Of a stretch of DNA of 64,000 nt, positions 35,015-48,716 are shown one piece after another. The position numbers and the translations under genes were made by a program. The notes below the pieces were generated by a model. The model had not been told where the DNA came from, searched no databases, and saw nothing but the letters and a program-made list of their open reading frames with translations. The DNA lies in contig NC_086097.1 of assembly GCF_963921235.1 (NCBI RefSeq), positions 175,462,001-175,526,000 on the forward strand, given 5' to 3'. Every line of letters begins with the position of its first letter. Position 1 is the first letter of the stretch. Source of the stretch: Mobula hypostoma. Its lineage: Eukaryota.

Positions 35015-37755
35015 CAGTGGTCCCCAACCACCGGACTGTGGACTGATACCGGGCCGCAAGGAAACTATATGATTTAGCGATATGAAACAATATGAGTCAG
35101 CTGCACCTATGCTCATTCCCTGTCACGCCCACTGTTGAACTTAAACGCACGCGAGGTCATCAGTCGGTCATTAACCTACAACTACTCGATGAGTAAAAAA
35201 CAAACGTTGCTTGAGAGTTTCTTTGGAAGAGGTGGTAGGGGACATAAAAGGCCTAACGATGATGATAATGCAGAGACAGCTGAGGCCAAGACTGCAAAAA
35301 AAAAGCAAGCTTCCTTCAACAGAAAATACGACGAGTCGTACATAAAATATGGCTTTATTGCGACCGGTGACTCGCACGCTCCAAGCCCCCTGTGTGTGTG
35401 ATATGTGGAGACAAGCTGTCTAATGAGGCAATGAAGCCCTCAAAACTGCTTTGGCACCTTGAGTCCAAGCACCCTGCACTTTAAGACAAACCTGTTGAGT
35501 TTCTTGAGCGGAAAAAACGTCAGCAAGCGGGTCAGAAGCAAGTGCTGAGAGCCACCACCTCCACAAATTCTACCGCTTGAGAGCGTCGTACTTAGTGGCT
35601 AGCGGTATTGCTAAGGTTAAGCCTTTCACTGTTGGTGAAGAATTGATTCTGCCTGCTGCCAAGGACGTGCTGTGAACTGTTGGGAGAAACTGCAGCTAAC
35701 AAGATGGCACAGGTTTCTCTTTCAGCTACCACAGTTTCATGAAGAATCGGTGACATAGCGGAGGACATCGAAGCACAGCTGTTGGAACGGCTTAACGAGT
35801 CACTATGGTATATTATCCAGGTCGATGAGACTACCGATGTCGACAACAAGGCAATACTGCTGGTTTATGTGCGATAAATATTGCAAGACGATGTGCACGA
35901 GGATATGTTGCGTGCACTGCTGCTGCCGACTAACACAACTGGGGCAGAACTATTCAAGTCTTTGAATGACTACATGTCAGGTAAACTGGACTGGTCATTC
36001 TGTTTTGGAATATGCACAGACAGAGCTGCAGCTATGACTGGACGGCTGTCTGGTTTCACTACCCGAGTCAGAGGTTGCTCCTGAATGCCAGTCTACACAC
36101 TGTGTCATACACAGGGAAATGCTGGCTAGCTGAAAAATGTCATCTGATTTTAACAGCGTATTGAGTGACGTTGTTGAAGTTATCAATCACATCAAAACAG
36201 AAGCCCTTAACTCACATCTGTTTGAGCAGCTTTGCGAAGAAGTGGATGCAGAGCACAAAGGCCTTCCCTTACACACTAAGGTCAGGTGGCTATCAAGGGG
36301 GAGAGCCCTGGCCAGGGTTTTTGAGTTAAGAGAGCAGCTACAGAGATTTCTTTCAGGAAAAAAGTCACCACTGGCAGCACACTTCAGTGATGAGGAGTGG
36401 ATAGCAAACTCGCTTATCTGTGTCACATCTTCAACCTGCTCAGTGAACTCAATTTGTCATTCCAGGGGAGAGTGACAGCTGTCTTCAAGTTGGCAGAGAA
36501 AAGTGTCTGCTTTCAAAGCCAAACTTGGACTGTGGGGATGGTGAGTGGACAGGGGCATATTTGACATGTTCCCAACATTAGCTGGGATTCTGTCTAAGAT
36601 GCTGTCTAAGTTGCATGCTATCTTGGTCAATGTCTCCCATCCACTACATAATGTATTGGTTGGGCACAGGAGTACATTCAGCCAGAGACTCATTCCACCG
36701 AGATGTGGCACAGAGCGTCATAGGAAGTCATTCCTGCCTGTGGCCATCAAACTTTACAACTCCTCCCTTGGAGGGTCAGACACCCTGAGCCAATAGGCTG
36801 GTCCTGGACTTATTTCATAATTTACTGGCATAATTTACATATTACTATTTAACTATTTATTGCTTATGGTGCAACTGTAACAAAAAACAATTTCCCCCGG
36901 GATCAATAAAGTATGAGTATGACTACTTTGGGAGAGACTGAGGCTGCACCGTCCTTCTCACAGCTGGTGCGCGATCACCTATCTTCGCTGTTGACAGAAC
37001 TCGAGCATTACTTCCCAACCGCAAGTGACCCAAGGCATGCAAAGGAATGGGTCCGTGACCCATTTGTGAATGTCCCCAGTGAATCATCCATGTCAGCGCA
37101 GGAAGAAGATCAACTCCTCGAGCTTGCAAATGATGGTGGGCTGGAAAGTATGTTTGACATAACATCTCTGTCGACATTTTGGATCAAAGTCAAGGCTGAA
37201 TATCCTGAGATAGCCACGAAAGCACTGAAAATGTTGCTTCCATTTCCAACATCATATCTCTGCGAAGGGGCTTTTCTGCAATGAATGCAATGAAAACTAA
37301 ATTGCGGAATAGACTGGTCATAAGGAACCCCCTTTGAGTATCGCTGTCTCCCATCACCCCTCGATGGGACCGTCTTGTTGCAGGAAAACAAGCCCAGGGC
37401 TCCCACTGATTCATTGATATTGGTGTGTTGCATTGATTTTATATGTTCATACGAGGAAAATATGCGATGTGTGTTTAATATCCAAACGTTACTTAAAATC
37501 TTATGATGCTATTGACTTATAAGTGACATGATTGACTTATCACTATATTCATGTGAAGAAAATATACACTATGTGTTTAATATTAAATTTGTTAGATAAA
37601 CCATTTTAGAAACAAAATTTGAGTATATTAGCCACTTAAAAGTGACTTATAGTTGACTTATCACCTATATTGCAGTCGTGATTACCCCCGCTGGTCTGCA
37701 AGAATATTGTCAATATTAAACCAGTCCGCGGTGCAAAAAATGTTGGGGACCCCTA
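35015..37755 (+). mobile_element. hAT (Charlie/Buster-type) transposon with decayed transposase
   Basis: TIRs CAGTGGTCCCCAAC / GTTGGGGACCCCTA; perfect 8-bp TSD CCCTAGAG (35007-35014, 37756-37763). Motifs RKYDESYIKYGF..PLC.IC, QVDETTDV, ICTDRAAAMTG, THCVIHRE, VRWLSRG, FWIKVKAEYPEIATKALKMLLPFPTSYLCE; many stops and frameshifts. Confidence 0.95.
36590..36927 (+). mobile_element. Rex1-like LINE 3' fragment nested in the hAT transposase
   Basis: SHPLH..L....STFSQRLIPPRC.TERHRKSFLPVAIKLYN, ending GGATCAATAAAGTATGA; transposase reads ...FPTLAGI / LGETEAA... across it. Confidence 0.8.
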
Positions 37756-39182
37756 CCCTAGAGATTTCTTTTGTCTTAACTATTTCTCCCTTTTACTCAG
37801 CAACTTAAAATGTTTTCTTTCTTTCCCTGTTCTGACAAAAGGGTGTTCTGCCTGAAACATCAGCTCTGTTTCTTTTTCCACAGATAGTGCCTGCATGCTG
37901 AGTGGCTTCTGTCATTGTTATTTTAGATTTGCAGCATTCATGGTTTCTGCCACTTTCTTCTTGTATTTGTCAGCTGTTAGCCCAGGCAGACATTGCCACA
38001 ATTTCCTAATCCCATTCATGTTAGACGTCTCTTGAATCAAGGGAGTCCAATAATTTTCTGTGTATGACACAGGCAGTATCAAACTGCAGGCCCCGTATGG
38101 ACTCAGTTTTTTCAAAGATCTGTTTCACTAACTTGATCAGTAACATTTTTGTGTGTTTTGTTCATGGAGGAAGTTAGGGAGTTGAGCTGTTTGGTTGTGA
38201 TCAAGTAAAATTGCATGAATCTTGCATACCCTTTATATGGGGAAAACGTACTGTCTGATTTTGTAACATGGTCCTTCTGTACTTTTGGGAATTTGAGAAA
38301 AATGGAAATGGGTCGTTCACCAAACTGGATTGAGGGACAGGCTTTCTGGGAATCTGTTCATGAGTGACTCAACTAAGATCTCTGCATCAGAATGTGAAGA
38401 GTAGAAATCATACATTGAACAGAGCTGAAGGGGACATGAGTTTCAAATTTACAGGAAGTTCAGTAAGGGGAAGTAGTTTTGTACAAAGTTAGCATTTTGT
38501 CAGATCAGATTTCCCACAGGAGAACTTTGGCAATTTTAGTTTTGGAGGTAAAGAATGTGGAGTTATTTTCATGAACAGAAGGGTGAGGAAGTGGAAGAAG
38601 CGTGATGAAAGTAAATGCATAATGTAAGCACAATGCAAGCTGATTTTACATCAATACCAGGAAGCTTCCTCATTCTGATGCATGTGCTCATTCCACTTCC
38701 TTTTCATAATTTTCTGAGCTTCAAATCCTCTAGCATTTGAGTGTTGCCACTTTTGTATGAACAGAATCCTAACCTTGGGGTCAGAGAGCAGAAACAGGCT
38801 GTTTCATCCATTTATCCAAGTTAACCAAGATGCTGATCTAAGCTAGTTATAAGCTCGTGTTTGGTCCACATCCCCCTAAATCTTTTCTGTCCATGTACTT
38901 GTTCAAAAGACTTCAAGATGTTTTTGTACCTGCCTCTACCACTTGCAGTTTATAGCATAAACCTTCTATTTCCTTTTAAAGTCACATCTCTCACCTTAAA
39001 TGTATTCCCTTTAGTTTTTGATTCACTGTTGCTGGTGGGGGGGGGGGGGGGGGGGTTGGGAAGAGAGACTGTATACTCTATCTATGCTACACATGATCTC
39101 ATACCGTACCTCTGTAAGGTCATCCCCTCTCCATCTGCCACACAAAAGGGTGAAGTCCTAGCCTGCCCAGTTTCTCCCTGGA

Positions 39183-40025
39183 TATAAGATATAGGAGCAG
39201 AATTATGCCATTCAGCCCATCAAGTCCACTCTGCCATTTCATGGCTGATCTCGGATCGCACTCAATCCCATACACCTACCTTCTTGTCGTAACCTTTGAT
39301 GCCCTGACTAATTAGGAAACTATCAACTTTCCCTTTAAGTATACCCACTGTCTTGGCCTGCACAGCTGTCTGTGGCAGAGCATTCCACAGGTTTGCTACT
39401 CTCTGGCTAAAAAGGCTCCTCACTTCTGTTCTAAAGGGGCGCCCCTCAACTTTGAGGCTGTGCTCTCTAGTTCTGGACACCCTCACCGGAAGAAACATCC
39501 TCTCCACATCCACCCTATCAAGTCCTTTCAACATTTGGTAGGTTTCAATGAGATCCCCCCGCATTCTTCTAAATTCCAGTGAGTACAGGCCCAAAGCTCC
39601 TCATGTTAACCTCTTCATTGCTGGAATCAACTTCATGAACCTCCTCTGGACTCTCTAATCACAAATCCATTCTGAGATATGGGGCCCAAAACTGTTGACG
39701 ATACTCCTTGTGGCCTGACCAGTATCTTATAAAGCCTCAGCATCATCTTTTTTAATATTCTATTCCCCTTGAAATAAATGCCAACATTGTATTTGTCGTC
39801 TTTACCACAGACTCAACCTGTAAATTAACCTTCTGGGACTCTTGCATGAGGACTCCTAAGTCCCTTTGCACCTCTGATGTTTGAATTTTCTCTCCATTTA
39901 ATTAATAGTCTGTTCTTTTGTTCCTTTCACTAAAATGCATTTTCATACATTTTCCAACACTGTATTCCATCGGCCACTTTTTTTGGCTGTTCTTCCAATT
40001 TGTTCAAGTCCTGCTGCAATCGCAT
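39183..40025 (-). mobile_element. CR1 LINE 3' part
   Basis: ORF 39262-39594 GLYSLEFRRMRGDLIETYQMLKGLDRVD. Confidence 0.88.
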
Positions 40026-40319
40026 TGAACAGGTATTGCATGTGCTTCTGTTACTTTGGAAAGGTGCTTCATCCAAGTGAGGTGGATGTTGTTGGAGGTG
40101 TTCTTTGAAAAGCTCCGAGGAGGAGATCCCCATCTTCTGCAGTCTGTCCACTTGACAGGTCTCACTGTGAGATCATTCAGGGGAATCATTTGTTTTTCGT
40201 CTTTACCTTTCCTAATATGCCTCAACTCCATTTGTTTGACTTTTCCCGACTTCATTTGGTAATATAACCAAGCAAAAGTGGACCTAGATAAAATGTAGGC
40301 GGAGTTAAAAAGCAGCAGT

Positions 40320-41800
40320 GAGGTCATGGACCCAATACAGATTACGTAGGAGGAAGTGTTTGCTGTCTTGAGGCAAATTAGGGTGAACAAATCCCTAGGA
40401 CCTGACAAGGTGTTTCCTTGGAGCCTGTGGGAGGCTGGTGCAGAAATTACAAGGGCCTTAGAAGAGATATATAAATCATTCTTCTGCAGGTGAGGTACTG
40501 GAGGATTGGAGGATAGCTAACATTGTTTCGTTGTTTCAGAAAGGCTGTAAAATTAAGTGAGGAATTTATAGGCCAGTGAGCCTGACATCAGTAGTGGGAA
40601 AGTTATTGGAAGGTATTCTAAGGGACCAGATATGAGTATTTGGTCATACAAGGACTGATTAGGGATAGTCAACATGGCTCTGTGTGTGGTAGGTCCTGTC
40701 TAACCAAGCTTGTAGAGTTTTTTTGAGGAAGTTACCAGGATGAAGGCAAGGCAGTGGGTATTGTCTACATGTCAAATGCCTTGCTATTGTCCAAGGCCCT
40801 GTATGGGAAGTTGGTCAAGAACATTCAGTCGCTTGGCATTCAGGATGCAGGAGCAAGTTGGATTGCATATTAGCTTTGTGGGAAAAGCCATAGAGTGGTA
40901 GTAGATGGTTGTCTTGCTGACTGGATGCCTGTGATTAGTGGGGTGCTGCAGGGATCGGAGCTGGGTCCGATATTTGTCATCTACATCAGCCATCTGGATG
41001 ATAATGTGGTTAACTGGATCAGCAAATTTGCAGATGACACAAAGATTGGGGGTGCAATGGACTGTGAGGAAGGCTATCAAAGCTTGCAGTGGGATTTGGA
41101 CCAGCCGGAAAAGTGAGCTGAAAAATGACAGATGGAATTTAATGTAGACAAGTTTGAGGTGTTGCACTTTGGGAGAACCAGCCAGGGTAGGTCTAGCACA
41201 GTGAGAGATAGGGCACTGAGGAGTGCAGTAGAACAAAGGAATTTGAGAAACCGGGTTCATAATTCATTGAAAGTGGTGTCACAGGTGGATGGGGCTGTAA
41301 GGAAAGCTTTTGGCACATTGGCCTTCCGAGATCAAAATGTTGAGTACAGGAGTTGGGATGTTATGTTGAAGTTGTATAAGATGCTTAATTTAGAGTATTG
41401 TGTACCTACCTACAGGAAGGGTGTAAATAAGCTTAAAAAAGTGCAGGATGTTGCCAGCTGGAGGACCTGAGTTATAGGGAAAGGTTGAATAGCTTAGGAC
41501 TTTATTCCCAAGAATGTAGAAAATTGAGGCGAGATTTGATAGAGGTGTAGAAAACTGAGTTGTGCAGGCAGGCTTTTTCCACTGAGGTTAGATGAGACTA
41601 CAACTGGAGGTCATGGGTGAAAGGTAAAATGAGGGGAAACTTCACTCGGGGTGCTGAGAGTGGAATGAACTACCAGTGCAAGAGGGGGGTGTGATTTCGA
41701 TGTTTTAAGAGAAGTTTGGATAGGTACAAGGATGAGAGGTGTATGGAGGGCTTTGGGCCATGTGCAGGTCGATGGGACCAGGCAGCTTAAATGATTTGGC
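40320..41800 (+). mobile_element. Degenerate CR1 LINE
   Basis: KSLGPD, YRPVSLTSVVGKLLE, SGVLQGSELGPIF, ISKFADDTKIGG, EFNVDKFEVLHFG motifs. Confidence 0.88.
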
Positions 41801-42049
41801 AGTTCAGAACCAGGGTTATTATCACCAGCATGTGTTGTGAAATTTGTTAGCTTGTTCTAAATCGCCTTTAGAGAATTCTGTTTTGCAGGACTTTTGTTTA
41901 CATTCAAGGCTCTGGTATAGCTTCCTAAAGTTGGGAGAATCCTTAAGCTGCAATGCAATCCCACCATGTCTCCATCTGATATCTGCAGACTGGGCAACTG
42001 CTGAGCACCTGTGATGGTCATCTTGAGTTCCTTGTGTTGCAAGCTATTT

Positions 42050-42690
42050 CATCTCCCCTCCCAATTTCAAGACTGACCTATTTTCTTTGGCCATCACTGC
42101 CAGGATGAGGCTAAACGTAAATTAGAGGAACAGCATCTCACATTCTACCTGAGTAATCTACAACAGATGGCACAAACATTTAATTCTCCAATTTCAGGTA
42201 ACATATACCTCCTCCGTTCCTTTCTCTCTTCCTGATCCATTATGGCCCTCTTGCACACACCATTTTACTCCAAATCCTACTCGCATCTCTAAGCCCCCGT
42301 TTCCCAGGTTTTTTTTAAATTTTACCCACCTAGTTCCATCTCCTATCACCCCTGCATTCAACTCACTCAAACTCCCATTTCTCCCTTTCCCCCACCCATA
42401 CCCCATCACTGTTCTCCTTGTGCTTAGCATCCTCACACCTTCCCTTCTTACCAAATTCCATAGTCTGTAGCCCTTTAATTTGACTCTGACACTCCCAACT
42501 CCTCCCTCCCCCATCTGCCCATCAACTCCCCCTCACCTGGATCCACCTATAGCTTGACAATTCCTGCCTCTCCCTTCCCTCTCACCTCTATTTATTGACC
42601 ATCTTTCCTTCATACTCTCAATTACAGGGTCTTACCTCAAATGACTCCATGGATGCTACTTAATCTGCCTAGTTTCTCCAATTTGTTTAT
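42050..42690 (+). mobile_element. Old, degenerate PLE 3' end
   Basis: HCQDEAKRKLEEQHLTFYLSNLQ..G.NI..SNFR* followed by a pyrimidine-rich UTR. Confidence 0.65.
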
Positions 42691-43035
42691 TGCAGCAATG
42701 TCTTTGTTTAAGTAAAAGAAATTCATGGAGATACAAGTTGGACAGCATCTATGAGCGAAAAATGGCTAATGATACTCTTATTGAATCTATCTGACTTGTT
42801 TGGTGTGTCCTGCACTTTCTGTTTCAGATGTTCTTTTTCTGCATTCTTCTGCTTTTAGAATTCTATTACCTAACTGGATCCCTCATGTTCTGCATTTTGC
42901 ATCTGTGGCTGATTTGTTTTGCATGTTTCCCATTTTTCATGCCTTGTTACGACATAGAAGGTGATGTTATCTTTCAAGTCTATTTCAGCAGAATAATCCC
43001 ATCAGACCTATTCTCTCGCTTATTTCCCTGTAACT

Positions 43036-43112
43036 CAAGGCTTCCCAAACTGGGGTCCACAAACTCCTCAGTTAATGGTAAGCGTCCATGGCGTAAAGGT
43101 TGGGAACTCCTG
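43036..43112. mobile_element. 77-bp hAT MITE
   Basis: TIRs CAAGGCTTCCCAAAC / GGTTGGGAACTCCTG; perfect 8-bp TSD CTGTAACT at 43028-43035 and 43113-43120. Confidence 0.85.
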
Positions 43113-45993
43113 CTGTAACTGATTCCTTCTCATGCCAATCAACCCACACTTGCACGGTCTCCTGCCACTTATGCTGGCTAGAACTAAATTGGGGTGGCCT
43201 GTTAGCCGACCAGCACACCTTCGCATTGTGTGGAAAAAATCAGCATGTGGGGATGAAAACGTACGATCACGGTGTGCAAACTGCACAGATGAGCAGGATC
43301 CAATGTGGTTTTGCAGGAGCTGTGTGGCAGTAACTTCACCCACAAAGCCTCTGTGCTGTCTCCATGTTGGGAGTGGCTAAAAATGTAAGCAAAATGTCCT
43401 TTTGCAATCTCTAATTTACTTTGACATTTGAAGGCACCATTATTGGATTTGGTGAAGTGTCTTTGGCTTCATTCAAGGTTGATAGGTTGATCTTTTACAT
43501 AATTTAGCTAGTAGAGACTTCAAAGGTGTTTATCTTCTATGGTTTACCCTTAATGTGATGGCTGGTGAAATGTAAGTTTTGTCCCTGATTAATATATTGT
43601 ATAGTGGGAACACTTCATGGCATGAAGTATGCTAATAGACGCGTGGAAAAAGTTATACAAATACCATGTTAACTGGTCTTTATAAAATGTCTTTATAAAA
43701 TGTTATTCAAATACATTTGAATACATTTCAATGTATATTTATTGAACCATGATCCTTACCACCAGAGGAATAAGTTCAATAGAGTCTGCCTGCGCAAATG
43801 TGCACTGAAGCATTCTTAATTAATAAAAGATTTCTTCTTAGCTTTTTCTTTCACATCCATAAATTTAAAAATAGATTTTAAATTTTGCGAACAAGATTCT
43901 GCAGATGCTGGAAATCCAAATCAACACACTCAAATGCTGGAAGAACTTAACAGGTCAGGAGTCATCTTTAGAATTGAATAAATAGTTGACGTTTCAGGTG
44001 GAGACTGTTCATCAGGAGGGTGCTGTAATGATCTTTTAACGCCAGTCACTTGTTGAACACACCAGAATAGGCGTGAATTTGCTGATTAGTTGACGCAGCA
44101 TTTTTGTGTTTAGTAGCATTGGCAATGGTATGAGCTGGATGCCTCCTGAGGATTGTTGGATTATATTCTAAGAGTGGGACACTGTATTTTGTTAATGTAT
44201 TTAGAAGTTGAAATTTTGTTATTTTAGAATCATATTTTTGTTAGAAGCTCTAAGTTGCTAACAAAAGCCTGATTTTGGTCTATTTAAAAACATTAAATAA
44301 GTTCTTAACTCACTGATGGGTCTTTAATACAATGTTCTGTTTTCCATCAGATCGCTCAGTAAAAGCTAGTGTTCCATGGTACAATAATTGGAAAGACACT
44401 TTGACGCAGCTGAGTTCGTCCAAGTTCCATGCAGGTATTTTTTTAAGTTGGTGTGGGCTTTGCAGTTACTAATTTCTCCCCTCTCCATTTCCTTTCATTA
44501 AAACTACTTCATAGTTTAAGGCTTCCTGAAACACTCCCATCTTTGCTATGATTGATATTTTCATTGGTCTTGACAATGCAGGCAAATTGCTGAATAGCTG
44601 TGATGGTCAATGGCTAAAGAGAATCAAAAGGGTCAGTGTCCTCTTGTTTTCTTTGCTGTATTTATATGGTATTGGTTGCAAAGATTAGAATAGTTAAGAG
44701 TGGATGGAAAATATGACCAAATCCATGCAAATGTAACTTGCAGATTCATTAGTTGTACCTGGTTCAGTAGCTTGTAGCAGTTGAAGGCTTAACTCTCTAT
44801 TTCCCCTATTCGGTTCTAGCAGGGTACTGAACTGACTTCTCTCAAACTGTTTCTACCCTTCTGTCTTCAATCCTGCCCTTATGCCCTTTGTGTTCCTCAT
44901 CCATTGTAAATGCACCTTCCATTGTACCCTTTATGTTTAGCCCCCTCTTCTCCTGGATCCACTTTCTCTCTCCAGCTTGGACCTCCTTTCACTTTAACCC
45001 TCCACTCTCCATCACCTCGCTTGTCTCTTCCTACCCTTCAACACTTCCCCATGGCTTGTGTCCTGTATCTTTTTGAAGGCTGTTCTTGAATCTTATATTT
45101 TAACGAGGCTTTTTGGGTTCCAGTTTTTGTATTGGATTTTGTCTTGATGGCAAACAGCTTAACAATGCTTTGGAAAACGTTGAGTTTCTGTTGTAGTTTA
45201 TGTCAAAAGCATTTGTTATTTCTAATGTGTATGATGTAACACAACAATTTGCTCACACCAAACTATCACAACTGGGGATCTGTTAATATCTTAATCTGTT
45301 CTTATGATGTTGACTAAAGGATAAATATTGCCAGGATACCAGACATTATTTCTTTGTCCTTCAAAAAGAACCATGCAGTTGTCTGTATCCATTAACGAGG
45401 ACCAGTGAGATCTTGGCTTAATATCTCACCTAGGAGACAGCTCCTTCAATAATGCAAAACTCAAATCCAACACTGGTGCATCATATTAGATTGTGCTTTG
45501 TGTCAAAATGCTCATAATCCTAATTATTTCATTGGAATTGCAGCTTTCACAGTTGCTCTTACATTGAAAGTATTTCCTGCTTCATGTTTGCAGTGGACCA
45601 AATATCTTTTGACTGCACTGATTATTTTTCAATGTTTAGTGTGTGCGTTTAGATTTAGGGTGGGCTATAATGTCTGTGACTGAGTTTCATTTAATTTTTG
45701 ACACAGCACAGAATCTTAAACTCTTATGTCTTTTGAATGTATATTAAGTTCAATCTTAGTCTTTGATTTACATATGTACTTTCATAATAAGTTTACTTTG
45801 AACTCTTGTTAATTTCTATTCACGGCTCTGGGATGTCTCACATTTGCAGAAAGATTCTTATTTTCATTATCTCTGAAATTGTTGGAGACATTTCAATGTA
45901 TTTTACTCTGTATATAAAGTAGAGCGAGGGAATTGGTGTAAATCCTTGCAGCAGAACACAAGTTCCTCAGTGCTAACCTTAAAATGGACAGAG

Positions 45994-46091
45994 TTAGATT
46001 CTGCAGAGAATAGCTTGAATTGTACTGTTTTTGGAAATTTTATTAGATTCTGCAGAGAATAGCTTGAATTGTACTGTTTTTGGAAATTTTA
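45994..46091. repeat. Perfect 49-bp tandem duplication
   Basis: TTAGATTCTGCAGAGAATAGCTTGAATTGTACTGTTTTTGGAAATTTTA twice (45994-46042, 46043-46091). Confidence 0.95.
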
Positions 46092-46383
46092 ATTTCTGTG
46101 CATTATTGCATTTCAGTGCTTCTTTGCAACGTAACCACATATATTGAAAAGCAATTTGCTATCTTCACTTCGTACTATTTAATTTTACAGGAAAAAGCAT
46201 GAAAATTACAGAGATTAACCATCCTTTGTTATTTTGTTTTTTTTTTAAAGAAGCTACTTCCATTTACTGATGTAGCATGATCATTGGAACCTGCAAGTCC
46301 AAAAAAAATTGGACTAGTAACATTAAGTTTTTCCCCTTTTATTTTTGGTTTGCTGCTAGTTGTAACATGTCATGATTCATGTA

Positions 46384-48716
46384 CAGTGCCTATAAAAAGT
46401 ATTCATTCCCCCCTTGGAAGTTTTCATTTTTTATTGTTTTACAATATCAGTAGATTTAATTTGTTTTTTAAACTGATTAACAGAAAAAGACTTCATGTCA
46501 GTGAAAACAGATCTCTACAAAGTGATCAAAATTAATTTCAAATATAAAACACCAAGCAATTGATTGCATATGTATTCCACCCCCTTCAAGTCAGTATTTA
46601 GTAGATGCGCCTTTGGCAGAAATTAAATCTTTGGGTCTGTGTGGATAAGTCTCTATCAGCTTTGCACATCTGGACTCTGCAATTTTTCCCCATTATTCTT
46701 TACAAATCTGCTCAAGCTTTGTTAGATTGCATGGGGATCATGAGTGAAGAGCCCTTTTCCAGTTCAGCCGCAAATTCTCAGTTGGATTGAGGTCTAGACT
46801 CTGACTTGGCCACTCCAGGACATTAAGTTTGTTTTTTAAGCCATTCCTGTGTAGCTTTGGCTTTATGCTTGGGGGCATTGTCTTGCTGGAAAACATATCT
46901 TCTCCCTAGTCACAATTCTCTTGCAGACTGCATCAGGTTTTCCTCTAGGATTTCCCTGTATTTTGACACATTAAATTTACCTTCTGCCTTCTGAGCCTTT
47001 CAGGGCTTGCTGCAGTGAAGCATCCCCACACCATAATGCAGCCCCCACTGTTCTTCGCAGTATGGATGGTGCGTCTTTGATGTGCAGTTTTGGCTTATGC
47101 CAAACAGCATTTTGTCTGACCAAAAAGCTCAATTTTAGTTTCCTCAGACCATAGGACCTTCCAGCTGACTTCGGAGTCATCCACATGCCTTCTGGCAGAC
47201 TCTAGGTGAGCCTTCATGGGAGTATTTTTTCCAAAACTGCTTTCTCTTTGCTACTCTCCCATAAAGCTACAACTGGTGAAGCACCTGGCAACAGTTGTTG
47301 TAGGGAAATTTTCTTGTATCCGTCTCTTGACAACATTTCAATAACCTTTTCAGAGTTGCTTGGAGTGTTCCTTTGTCTTTATTTTGTATATTTTGCCAGG
47401 ATACTGACTCACCAGCGGTTGGACCTTCCATATACAGGTGTATTTTTACTGCAATCAATCGAAACACCTTAACTGCACACAGGTGTTCTCCATTTAAATA
47501 ATTACACTAGACAACAAAGATTTTGCTTCCTGAATACCTTTAGGTGTATCTTATGAATTTTGGGCTACTGATCATGAAAATCACCATGAAATTTCCTTAT
47601 CATGCACCATTTTTTAAATAAACTTATGTTTATTATTTCAATTCATAATTCAAGTCAATTAAAATGTTGCCTACAATGTAAGCTGGAAAGGTTCCTATCT
47701 GGCTTGGGCATGCTTAGGCGGCGCGGCTGCTGCATGGCAGGACAGATATTAGTAATAATTATTGGGTTCAGGGCTGTAAGGATGAAATTTGCTATCACCA
47801 GGCACAAAAATTTCTATGAAGGATTTTGATATTTGAGACAGATGCTTCCCAGAATAACTGATGCCAAGATTAAGGAAAACATTTTTGTTGGTCCACAAAT
47901 CAAACAGGTCATCAATGACAGGCAATTTGAAGAATTTCTAGTGGGACTGGAGAAAATCACATTGAAAGCATTCAAGGAAGTTGTTGAAATTTTTTTCGGC
48001 ATCTACACCAAACTACATGCAGCTGATTGAAAGCATGCTTCAAGCATATAAAACCATGAAATGCAACATGTCACTAAAGATTCATTTTCTGCATTCCCAT
48101 TTAGACTTCTTCCTTGCAAATCTTGGTGCTGTTAGTGATGAGCATGGTGAAAGGTTTCACCAGGACATTGCAGTCATGGAGATACCAGGGCAACTGGAAT
48201 CCATCAATGCTGGCGAATTATTGTTGGGCCTCATCCAGAGTACAAATGAAAATCATTAACAAAATATTTTTAACTTAGTTGAATTATTGCAAAGCATCAG
48301 CACCATTATGCAATTTAACACATTATATTCAATAAAAGTTAATTTGTTGTTTCTCCAAATTCCTACGTGATACAAGTCTGAAATTATACGTGTTCATCTT
48401 CAAGCAGTCTATCACAAAATAAAACTCTGAGGAAGCAACACTTTTGGAAAAAAAAATTGTTGTCCAGTGTTATCTGACTTCTAAAGTCCAGTGACTGCTC
48501 CAGTGATGATTTGGTCTGTCATATTAAAGTAGGGTGAATACTTAGGCAATCTATTGTTTTGTGTTTTATATTTGTAATTAATTTAGATCACTTTGTAGAG
48601 ATCTGTTTTCACTTTGACACTAGGTGTCAATAAAGCCAAATTAAATCCACTGTGATTCAATATTGTTAAACAATAAAACATGAAAACTTCCAAGGGGGTG
48701 GATACTTTAGGCACTG
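46384..48716 (-). mobile_element. Tc1-like transposon (long TIRs, decayed transposase) with nested Chapaev3 element
   Basis: TA-CAGTGCCTATAAAAAGTATTCA...GATACTTTAGGCACTG-TA; ~200-bp inverted termini; minus-strand HTAKNSGGCIMVWGCFTAA and FQQDNAPKH motifs. Confidence 0.9.
47505..48469 (+). mobile_element. Chapaev3-type (CMC) DNA transposon, internally deleted
   Basis: CAC...GTG termini with TIR CACT(A/G)GACAACAA; TTA on both flanks (47502-47504, 48470-48472). Transposase C-terminal motifs DAKIKENIFVGPQI and MSLKIHFLHSHLDFFLANLGAVSDEHGERFHQDI. Confidence 0.85.

Noticed and set aside
35189..37410. Domesticated ZBED5/SCAND3-like gene
   Set aside because: Multiple stops, frameshifts, a nested LINE and intact TIRs/TSD indicate a dead transposon.
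43132..43380. Cys-rich ORF (RCANC...WFCRSC) as a zinc-finger exon
   Set aside because: The nucleotide sequence looks like a degenerate minus-strand V-SINE, and TRAPPC8 exons 2 and 3 join in frame without it.
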